A model generated the notes under the pieces. That model saw nothing but the letters and a program-made list of their open reading frames with translations. It had not been told where the DNA came from and ran no database searches. This document shows, piece by piece, positions 1 through 6,850 of a stretch of 30,301 bases of DNA (position 1 is the stretch's first letter; each line of letters begins with the position of its first letter). The translations under genes and the position numbers were made by a program. This DNA is from Candidatus Hadarchaeum sp. (GTDB taxonomy: Archaea > Hadarchaeota > Hadarchaeia > Hadarchaeales > Hadarchaeaceae), in the NCBI RefSeq assembly GCF_049969415.1, contig NZ_JBMFOX010000014.1:1-30301 (forward strand), in the 5' to 3' direction.

Positions 1-135
1 GGCGTGGCCGTGGACTTACTCGCGGTTGCCCCGTCTTCTGCCGAAAAGACCTACGAGCTCGTCGGGCACGTTTACGAGGACGGGAGCGGGGAGGTTAGGC
101 TCGTCGGATTGTCCACCTCAAAGAAAAAGGTTTAA
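1..135 (+). CDS. 3' end of a gene entering from the left edge (hypothetical protein, ...GVAVDLLAVAPSSAEKTYELVGHVYEDGSGEVRLVGLSTSKKKV*)
   Basis: Frame 1 is open from base 1 to TAA 133-135 with GC-rich third positions like the other genes; too short to identify. Confidence 0.5.
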   Translation, partial: GVAVDLLAVAPSSAEKTYELVGHVYEDGSGEVRLVGLSTSKKKV

Positions 136-137
136 TA
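122..137 (+). promoter_or_regulatory. Putative archaeal BRE/TATA promoter
   Basis: AGAAAAAGG-TTTAATA about 24 nt upstream of GGAG at 161. Confidence 0.5.
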
Positions 138-160
138 CTGTTTCCACTGTATTTCCCTGT

Positions 161-282
161 GGAGTTCGACACCCACACGGGATCGACTCTCCAATGTGGC
201 ACAGCGGCGGGACTCGAACCGTTAGATCGGTGGAAGTATGGGACTCACACCTAATTAAGTGCAAATCCCGCCCGGTCCACCA
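161..282 (+). ncRNA. tRNA-Ala-like element (tRNA 3' fragment, pseudo-tRNA or split-tRNA candidate)
   Basis: 259-282 GTGCAAATCCCGC-CCGGTCC-A-CCA matches the T-loop, 3' T-stem, acceptor 3' strand (U70, A73) and CCA of archaeal tRNA-Ala. A T-tract follows and a TATA box precedes. No complete cloverleaf can be drawn. Confidence 0.45.
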
Positions 283-434
283 CGAGTTTTTATGCCTTTT
301 GGGGTCAAGGAGTTTCCACCATGCGGAAAGGAATAAGGCTTTGAAGTTTAATTTTTGATGGGGGCAGGGACCTGGCGGTAATTCCCAAGAAGGGCCGCAG
401 ATCGCGCGGGACAGCCGATGTCAAGAGGGGCGTA

Positions 435-854
435 TTGATTTTCTTGGTTTTCTTGGGACTGTCGGTAATTATCCACGAGACGTTCCATCTGGTCGTGGCC
501 CGGGCCCTTGGCTACAGCGCGGATATTTTCTATGGTATGAGTTTTTTCAACTTATATGGATACGTTCGGATCGATCCACCACCCCAGCACCCCCTTCATA
601 CCGTGATTATGTTTTCCGCTGGTGGTCTTGGCACTGCGGCCGTGTTCTTCGTCCTTTGGTCTGCCATCGAGGACATCGTGGCCAAGCTCTTGCTGTCCTT
701 CTTCACCTCGATGCAGCTGACCTACGGCTTGCTTGAGACCCTCTACGGGCTTGGAATAATTAAACTCGAAGTTTTGGGCCTGTGGCCGATCCTCGTCGGA
801 ATAGCAACGATGCTGGTCTTCAGGGTGATCTACTGGAGGTTGGGCTGGTGGTGA
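435..854 (+). CDS. Small membrane protein with HExxH motif (M50/site-2-protease-like zinc metallopeptidase)
   Basis: IIHETFHLVVARALG in a hydrophobic helix, an FSAGG segment, about 4 hydrophobic stretches. Start uncertain: the frame is open back to 345. Confidence 0.55.
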   Translation: MIFLVFLGLSVIIHETFHLVVARALGYSADIFYGMSFFNLYGYVRIDPPPQHPLHTVIMFSAGGLGTAAVFFVLWSAIEDIVAKLLLSFFTSMQLTYGLLETLYGLGIIKLEVLGLWPILVGIATMLVFRVIYWRLGWW

Positions 855-921
855 AGGAAAAAAGGTAGCTTTTGGGTGAACTAATCGATTGGATTTTATA
901 TTGTTCAACGTAGTTCTATTG

Positions 922-996
922 GGGCCTGTAGTCTAGAGGTATGACGTCACCCTGACACGGTGAAGGTCGAGGGTTCGAATCCCTCCGGGCCCACCA
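922..996 (+). tRNA. tRNA-Val(GAC)
   Basis: Full cloverleaf: GGGCCTG/CGGGCCC acceptor, TCACC-CTGACAC-GGTGA anticodon arm, GAGGG-TTCGAAT-CCCTC T arm, encoded CCA; TTTTATA box at about 894-900. Confidence 0.97.
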
Positions 997-1238
997 CAAC
1001 CCTTTCTTCACAATTGGTTACTATACAATCGCCTCAACATTGTTAGAGATTGTCTGATGATAAAGTTGAACAGAAACGGGAAAAACCACAGACCTTAATG
1101 ATAATCAAGCGGACAGACTCCCCCATGATGAAATTTAGATGACGTTATAGTTTATGGCAATCAGGTTAAGCAAAAGTTTTTAGTAGCTAGCAACAATCGT
1201 TAGACCGGTTAGTTTTTAATAAGGGACGGAGTTTTTCG

Positions 1239-2030
1239 ATGAAGCTGATACTGGCCTCGGAAAAGGACCCCGCGGCGATGAACATCGTCTCGCGGCTGCT
1301 GGAGCTTTACGACCATGAAAGGACGACCGATGAAAGGCATTTTCAGATGGGAGAGGATCTTTCAATGGAGGTCATAAAGGAGGAGTCTACCGAAATAACT
1401 GCTTTGAGCCAACAGGCCGACGAGGTAATAGTTGCCTCGAGACATGCGAGCGACTCGGGCAGGCCTTCGCTCACCGTGCACGCTCCCGGATTTCTCGAAA
1501 GAGGCGAGCTGGCGCTGGCCTCTCCCAGGACCATAAAGCTGGCTCTCGCGGCACTAAAGGCCGAAGTAGAGTCGCTCGGGCTTCAGTTTGAAGTTTCTCT
1601 GGAGGCTACCCATCACGGTCCTGCGGGGCTGGGTGTTCCGGTAACCTTTGTTGAGATTGGCAGCGGGCCGGAACAGTGGGCGGACAGGAGAGCCGGTGAG
1701 GCTGTAGCGCACGCGATAATGAAAGCGGCGACCTCAGACGTGAAATGCCTGAACGCGGCTGGTCTGGGCGGGCCGCATTATGCGCCGAGGCATACCGAGG
1801 TCACGTTGAACACGGAAGTTGGTGTGGGCCACATCCTGCCCAAGTACGTCAATTTTGATGCCGGACTGGTGGAGCTGGCGGTTCGACGCACCAGCGGCGG
1901 GGTAAATCTGCTGCTGCTCGACTGGAAGGGCTTGAGCGAGCCGCAGAGGAAGGTCTGCCTGAGGGCGGCGGAAGTTCTCGGGATCCGGGTAGAACGCGCG
2001 GGGGAGATTGCCCGGCGTAAAAAGCTTTAA
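1239..2030 (+). CDS. dtdA: D-aminoacyl-tRNA deacylase (archaeal DTD2/GEK1 family)
   Basis: Motifs SRH-S..G.PSLTVH, EATHHGP, FVEIGS, GGPHYAP; conserved position upstream of ftsZ. Confidence 0.93.
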   Translation: MKLILASEKDPAAMNIVSRLLELYDHERTTDERHFQMGEDLSMEVIKEESTEITALSQQADEVIVASRHASDSGRPSLTVHAPGFLERGELALASPRTIKLALAALKAEVESLGLQFEVSLEATHHGPAGLGVPVTFVEIGSGPEQWADRRAGEAVAHAIMKAATSDVKCLNAAGLGGPHYAPRHTEVTLNTEVGVGHILPKYVNFDAGLVELAVRRTSGGVNLLLLDWKGLSEPQRKVCLRAAEVLGIRVERAGEIARRKKL

Positions 2031-2069
2031 ATCAATACGGGCGAAACTCAACAACGAAAAACAACGGAA

Positions 2070-3215
2070 GTGAATGGCTTGACCAGGATCGAGAATGCGG
2101 TTTACTCACCGGAGACAGGGTTTTCGCCTCTGACCAAGGCCGTTCTCGCGGCGCCGGAGAAACCCAAGAGCAGCGAGGTGAAGACGATCACCACCGAGGA
2201 ACTGGAGCAAATTCTGCAGCGCGCCAAGGCGAGGATAATTGCCGTCGGGTGCGGCGGCGCTGGTTGCAACACAATCTCGCGCATGATGGGCGTCGGTATC
2301 CGCGGTGCCCAGACGATAGCAATAAACACCGACGCTCAGGACCTGCTGTACACCACGGCCGACCGAAAGATACTGATCGGTAAGGACATAACCGGAGGCC
2401 TTGGTGCGGGCAACGATCCAGAAAGGGGCGAGGCGGCGGCGCGGGAGGACGAGGCGGTCATAAAGGATCACATTTATGGAGCTGATTTGGTTTTCGTCAC
2501 CTGTGGCCTGGGCGGTGGCACCGGAACCGGCTCCGCGCCCGTGGTCGCGGAAATCGCCAAAAAGCTGGGCGCGCTCACCGTTTCAGTGGTCACCCTGCCC
2601 TTCACGGTTGAGGGAACGCGGAGAAGGCGAAATGCCGAGATGGGTTTGGCCAAGCTCCGAGCCGTTTCGGACACGGTGGTGGTAATACCCAATGACAAGC
2701 TGATGCAGCTGGCGCCCGACCTGCCGATAGGCGCGGCCTTCAAGGTCTCGGATCAGCTGTTGATAGACGCGATAAAGGGCATCACGGAGATGGTGACGGT
2801 ACCGGGCCTGATCAATCTAGACTTCGCCGATATTCGCACGATATTGAAAAACGGTGGTGTGGCCATGATTGGGATTGGCGAGTCAGACGTTGCCAACAGA
2901 AGTGAGGAGGCGGTAGAAGAGGCCCTTAACAGCCCGCTCCTCGATGTGGATATCACTGGGGCGAAAGGCGCGTTAATCAACATCGTGGGGAGCCCGGATC
3001 TCACGCTTGAGGAAGCCCAAAAGATCGTGGCCAAGGTCGCCGAGGCGCTGGATTCAGACGCCCACATAATCTGGGGGGCGCAGATTTCTCAGGAAATGAA
3101 GAACTCGGTGAGGGTGATGGTTGTACTCTCGGGCGTTCATTCCCCGTATGTTGCCGGGATAGAGAAACCGGCTAAACCGGGTGAACCCATAGATTTAGGA
3201 CTGGGGTACTTATAA
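2070..3215 (+). CDS. ftsZ: Cell division protein FtsZ (FtsZ1 type)
   Basis: [24 protein letters not shown] tubulin signature, [10 protein letters not shown]7 loop; ftsZ-secE-spt5 synteny. Exact start uncertain. Confidence 0.97.
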   Translation: MNGLTRIENAVYSPETGFSPLTKAVLAAPEKPKSSEVKTITTEELEQILQRAKARIIAVGCGGAGCNTISRMMGVGIRGAQTIAINTDAQDLLYTTADRKILIGKDITGGLGAGNDPERGEAAAREDEAVIKDHIYGADLVFVTCGLGGGTGTGSAPVVAEIAKKLGALTVSVVTLPFTVEGTRRRRNAEMGLAKLRAVSDTVVVIPNDKLMQLAPDLPIGAAFKVSDQLLIDAIKGITEMVTVPGLINLDFADIRTILKNGGVAMIGIGESDVANRSEEAVEEALNSPLLDVDITGAKGALINIVGSPDLTLEEAQKIVAKVAEALDSDAHIIWGAQISQEMKNSVRVMVVLSGVHSPYVAGIEKPAKPGEPIDLGLGYL

Positions 3216-3388
3216 TGCGCAAGTTTTTTCACGAGGCCAAACGAGTCATTGCGGTAGCGAGAAAACCAGGCCGGGAGGAATACCTTCAGGTGGCGAAGGT
3301 GGCCGGTCTAGGGATCCTGGTATTTGGGCTGGTCGGTTTTGCCATCATGCTGATCAGCTATTTTATCCAAGGAATGTTGACTCCCTGA
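3215..3388 (+). CDS. secE: Protein translocase SecE/Sec61-gamma (57 aa; missing from the ORF track)
   Basis: Manual translation [57 protein letters not shown]: RKP..EEY motif plus C-terminal TM helix; ATG overlaps the ftsZ TAA (TAATG). Confidence 0.93.
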   Translation: MRKFFHEAKRVIAVARKPGREEYLQVAKVAGLGILVFGLVGFAIMLISYFIQGMLTP

Positions 3389-3397
3389 GGGGATATT

Positions 3398-3883
3398 ATG
3401 GAAGAGCCGCAAAAGCCAGCCATATTTGCCATCAGGACGACGATCGGTCAGGAGAAGAACACGGCCGACATGATTGCCTCCCGGGCGAAGAACTTTAAGT
3501 TGCCGATTAAGGCGGTGTTGGCGCCGACCGGAATCAGAGGTTACATCTTCGTCGAGGCGGTGGGAAAGACGACCATTGAGCGGGCCCGGATGGGGATAAA
3601 GCACGGCAAGGGCATGGTGGCGGGGGAGGTGCCCATCACCCAGATAGAGCAGTTCTTGATTCCCAAGGCGGCCGTGGTGGGCATGGAGATCGGTGACATC
3701 GTGGAGCTGATCTCTGGCCCCTTCCGCGGGGAGCGCGCTAGGATAATCAGGGTCGATGAGGGGAAGGAGGAAATAACGGTGGAGCTTTTTGAGGCCACCG
3801 TTCCCATCCCGGTGACCGTTCGCGGGGACTCGGTTAAGGTCCTGCAGAAGAAGGAGAAGGGGGGAGAGGGTGAAGGCAAGTGA
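3398..3883 (+). CDS. spt5: Transcription elongation factor Spt5 (NusG)
   Basis: NGN domain (RTTIGQE, GYIFVEA) and KOW motif GDIVELISGPFRGERA. Confidence 0.96.
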   Translation: MEEPQKPAIFAIRTTIGQEKNTADMIASRAKNFKLPIKAVLAPTGIRGYIFVEAVGKTTIERARMGIKHGKGMVAGEVPITQIEQFLIPKAAVVGMEIGDIVELISGPFRGERARIIRVDEGKEEITVELFEATVPIPVTVRGDSVKVLQKKEKGGEGEGK

Positions 3884-4160
3884 AGTGAGGCCGGACATGA
3901 GGAGAATCGACCTCGAACTGACCATTGTGGAGATGGAGGAGCCGCGGCCCTACACAAGGAGGGACGGCAGGGAGGGCCGCGTTGCCACCGCCACGGGTGA
4001 AGACGACTCAGGACGAGTAAAGATCTCGTTGTGGGATGCGGACGTTGAGCGGGTTAAGGTGGGCAGCAGGATCAAAATCACCAACGGCTATTCAAGGTTG
4101 TTCCGCGGCGAGGTCCACGTCAGTTCCGGCATTTACGGTAAGCTGGAAGTTTTGACCTAG
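3870..4160 (+). CDS. Single OB-fold ssDNA-binding protein (SSB/RPA-like)
   Basis: Pattern resembles Sulfolobus SSB and RPA OB folds (GEDDSGRVKISLW, G..IKI.NGY...F.GEV.VS.G); GTG start overlaps the spt5 end. Confidence 0.8.
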   Translation: MKASEVRPDMRRIDLELTIVEMEEPRPYTRRDGREGRVATATGEDDSGRVKISLWDADVERVKVGSRIKITNGYSRLFRGEVHVSSGIYGKLEVLT

Positions 4161-4248
4161 ATTCCTTTTCCCGGGGTGGCAAACAATAGGGTTTTTAACG
4201 TTCAAGGCTTATTTTTGAGGGAACGTTCGGTCAATTTGGGGTTGTTTC

Positions 4249-4725
4249 ATGGAGTCCAGGGTTAAGGTCATGGTGGAAGGGGGCAAGGCGAATCCGGGGC
4301 CGCCTCTGGGTCCAGCCTTAGGGCCCCTAGGGGTCAACGTGGCGCAGGTAGTTGCCAAGATAAACGAGGCCACCAGTTCCTTCGCCGGCATGAAGGTCCC
4401 CGTCACTGTAGTGGTGAAAAAGAAGACCAAAGAATTCTCAATCGAGGTGGGATCACCGCCGACCGCAGCCTTGATTAAAAAAGAGCTGGGGCTGGAAAAG
4501 GGCGCGAAGACGGCCGGGAAGGAAGTGGTCGGGAATCTCACCTTGGCGCAGGTGGTGAAGATTGCCAAGCTGAAGTCTGGAGCCAGCCTGGCCAAAACCC
4601 TGAAGTCGGCGGTCAAGGAGGTCCTGGGGACCTGCGTGAGCCTTGGCGTGACCGTAGACGGCAAGAACCCCAAGGAAGTTCAGAAGGAGATTGATGAGGG
4701 AAAACACGAAGAGGAGTTGAAGTGA
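4249..4725 (+). CDS. rpl11: 50S ribosomal protein L11 (uL11)
   Basis: [42 protein letters not shown]. Confidence 0.98.
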   Translation: MESRVKVMVEGGKANPGPPLGPALGPLGVNVAQVVAKINEATSSFAGMKVPVTVVVKKKTKEFSIEVGSPPTAALIKKELGLEKGAKTAGKEVVGNLTLAQVVKIAKLKSGASLAKTLKSAVKEVLGTCVSLGVTVDGKNPKEVQKEIDEGKHEEELK

Positions 4726-5379
4726 ATGGCGGAAAGGGCCAAGGATCTTTTGACGGCGGTGCGGATGGCGAGATCAGCCAGCCACAAGAAGTTCAGCCAG
4801 TCGTTTGAGATCCAGATAGCGCTCAAGGACATCGATCCCAAGAAGCCCGAGGGAAAAATTGCCGAAGAGGTGGTGCTGCCCCACTACCCCGGAGGGCCTA
4901 AGCGGGTGATCGTTTTCGCCGATGGTGAGCTTGCCCGGAGGGCGCGCGAGGCCGGCGCGGTTCAGGTGTTGGGCAGGGAGGAGATCGCGGAGCTGCAGAA
5001 GGACCGGAAGCAGGCGAAGAAGCTTGCGGAAACTTTCGATTTTTCAATTGCCCAGGCTGACCTGATGATCCTCATCGGGAAGGCCTTGGGGCCGGTGCTG
5101 GGAACGAGGGGCAAGATGCCGAAGCCCTTACCCCCGACGGCCGACCCTGCCCCGATCATCGAGAGGCTGAAGAGAAGCGTGAGGATTGCGACGAAAGAAC
5201 AGTTGGCGATAAATGCCAAGATCGGTGTCGAGTCCATGAGCGACGAGGAGATCGCCGCCAACGCGAGGGCGGTTCTGGAGGCGGTTGAGAGGAAGCTCGG
5301 TGGAGACCTCTCCAAAATTGCCTCGGTAAGGATAAAGACCACGATGGGAAAGCCAGTTGAGGTGGAGGTTCAGGCATGA
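4726..5379 (+). CDS. rpl1: 50S ribosomal protein L1 (uL1)
   Basis: KFSQSFEI, LGPVLGTRGKMPKP, KTTMGKPV. Confidence 0.97.
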   Translation: MAERAKDLLTAVRMARSASHKKFSQSFEIQIALKDIDPKKPEGKIAEEVVLPHYPGGPKRVIVFADGELARRAREAGAVQVLGREEIAELQKDRKQAKKLAETFDFSIAQADLMILIGKALGPVLGTRGKMPKPLPPTADPAPIIERLKRSVRIATKEQLAINAKIGVESMSDEEIAANARAVLEAVERKLGGDLSKIASVRIKTTMGKPVEVEVQA

Positions 5380-6305
5380 AAGGCAGAAAAAGGGAGATAC
5401 CTGCCTGGAAGCAGGAGGTCGTCGCCGAAATTAAAAGGCTCATTGAGAAGTACCCTGTCATTGGGGTCCTCGACATCTCGGATCTTCCCGCCAGCCAGTT
5501 CCAGCAGATGCGGCACAAGCTGCTGGGGCAGGCCGAGATCGTCGTGGCCAAGAACACCTTGGTCTGCCGGGCGCTCGAGGAGACGAAGGCCAAAAATCCA
5601 AAGCTCGTTGAATTGGCTTCCTTCCTCCGCGGGCAGACGGGAGTGATCTTCACCCAGATGAACCCCTTTAAGCTGAGCAAGCTGTTGCGCGAGAGCAAGA
5701 TCAGCGCACCAGCCAAGCCGGGATCGAAGTCGATGAAGGATGTCGTTATCCCGGCCGGAGAAACCGACTTCGCCCCGGGCCCCGTTGTGGGCGAGCTGCA
5801 GCGGGTGGGGATAAAGGCGCGCATCCAGGCGGGCAAGGTGGTGATCTTGGAGGACTGTCATCTCCTCAAGGCCGGGGACACCATCTCCAAGGAAATAGCG
5901 GATGTCCTAACCAAGTTCGGCATCATGCCGTTGGAGCTCGGTCTTAAGCTGCGCGCCGCCTATGAGGGGGGCATGATCTTTGCCGGTGGGGTTCTGGAAG
6001 TTGATGAGAAGAAGATTTTGGATGAGCTCAAGCTCGGCAGCCTGAACGCGTTCAACTTGGCTCTGAACATAAACTACCCGACCCCGCTCACCATCGGCTT
6101 GTTGATTGCCAAGGCGCGCGCCTCCGCTCAGAACTTGGCCGTGAATGCCCGCCTGCCGGTGGCCGAGGTCCTGCCGCTGTTGCTGGCGCGGGCCAATGCC
6201 GAAATGCTGGGCCTGGCCACAGTGATCGGGGGCAAGAATTTCCAGGCGCTGGACGAAGAGCTGAGGAACCTCGTTGGTCTGAGCACACCGCCCGCAGCGG
6301 CTTAG
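5376..6305 (+). CDS. rplP0: 50S ribosomal protein L10/P0 (uL10), lacking the C-terminal acidic tail
   Basis: IPAWK, KNTL, NPFKL, APAKPG, GETDFAPGP; ATGA overlap with rpl1. Confidence 0.96.
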   Translation: MKGRKREIPAWKQEVVAEIKRLIEKYPVIGVLDISDLPASQFQQMRHKLLGQAEIVVAKNTLVCRALEETKAKNPKLVELASFLRGQTGVIFTQMNPFKLSKLLRESKISAPAKPGSKSMKDVVIPAGETDFAPGPVVGELQRVGIKARIQAGKVVILEDCHLLKAGDTISKEIADVLTKFGIMPLELGLKLRAAYEGGMIFAGGVLEVDEKKILDELKLGSLNAFNLALNINYPTPLTIGLLIAKARASAQNLAVNARLPVAEVLPLLLARANAEMLGLATVIGGKNFQALDEELRNLVGLSTPPAAA

Positions 6306-6371
6306 CCTTCGATGGGTGGATTTTGATGGAAATTTTCGAAGAAGAGTTCCGTCTTGAGGGACAAAAGCTAA

Positions 6372-6389
6372 AAGGCAACAATTTATATT
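6372..6389 (+). promoter_or_regulatory. Putative internal promoter for rpl12
   Basis: AAGGCAACAA-TTTATATT about 32 nt upstream of ATG 6421 in a 115-bp gap. Confidence 0.5.
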
Positions 6390-6420
6390 GGTAGGTGCAC
6401 AAAGAAAAAGGGGTTTGAAA

Positions 6421-6723
6421 ATGGAATACGTTCACGCAGTTCTGCTGCTGCACAGCGCCAAACAACCCGTCAGCGAGGAAAACTTGAAGAAGGTAATTGC
6501 GGCTGCAGGGTTGCAGGTTGACGAGGCTAGGGTCAAGGCCATGGTCGCAGCGCTCGAGGGGGTCAACATCGACGAGGCGATCAAGAGCGCGGCTGTACCA
6601 GCAGTGGCCGCGCCAGCCGCTCCGGCGGCTGCTCCCGCCAAGCCAGAGGAGAAGAAAGAGGAGAAGGTCGAGGAGAAGAAGGAAGAGGAAGCCTTGGCCG
6701 GGCTCGGCGCGCTGTTCGGCTAG
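6421..6723 (+). CDS. rpl12: 50S ribosomal stalk protein P1/L12
   Basis: [12 protein letters not shown]-terminus, Ala/Pro hinge, [14 protein letters not shown]-terminus; true start is ATG 6421. Confidence 0.97.
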   Translation: MEYVHAVLLLHSAKQPVSEENLKKVIAAAGLQVDEARVKAMVAALEGVNIDEAIKSAAVPAVAAPAAPAAAPAKPEEKKEEKVEEKKEEEALAGLGALFG

Positions 6724-6850
6724 AGTGATTTATATCCGCGTTTGTTCGGCTCAGATCTTCGGCTCAGGACAGAGCAGGCACCAGCCCTGGCTTTCGACCC
6801 GGAGAAGACTTTTAACTTTGCCACTGATATTTGCTTGACGGAGTGGTATC

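Noticed and set aside
161-282. tmRNA, 5S rRNA or cobalamin-riboswitch resemblance (GGAGTTCGAC, CACAGCGGCGGG, GTGCAAATCC)
   Set aside because: Each match is only a few bases. There is no GGGG 5' acceptor or tag ORF, no 5S loop C/helix pattern, and no AGGGAA or GCCACTG B12 elements.
26-358. 110-aa ORF in the track
   Set aside because: No recognisable motifs; it overlaps a likelier gene end in another frame, a promoter and the tRNA-like element.
1050-1175. C/D-box sRNA candidate (TGATGA at about 1055 and ATGATGA at about 1126)
   Set aside because: No suitably spaced downstream CTGA D box found.
4726-4800. L1 autoregulatory mRNA site as in Methanococcales
   Set aside because: The expected paired helices and GGAG internal loop could not be drawn.
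6303-6326. TAG readthrough of rplP0 (adds PSMGGF)
   Set aside because: The extension lacks the acidic and LFG motifs, and there is no pyrrolysine machinery in the window.
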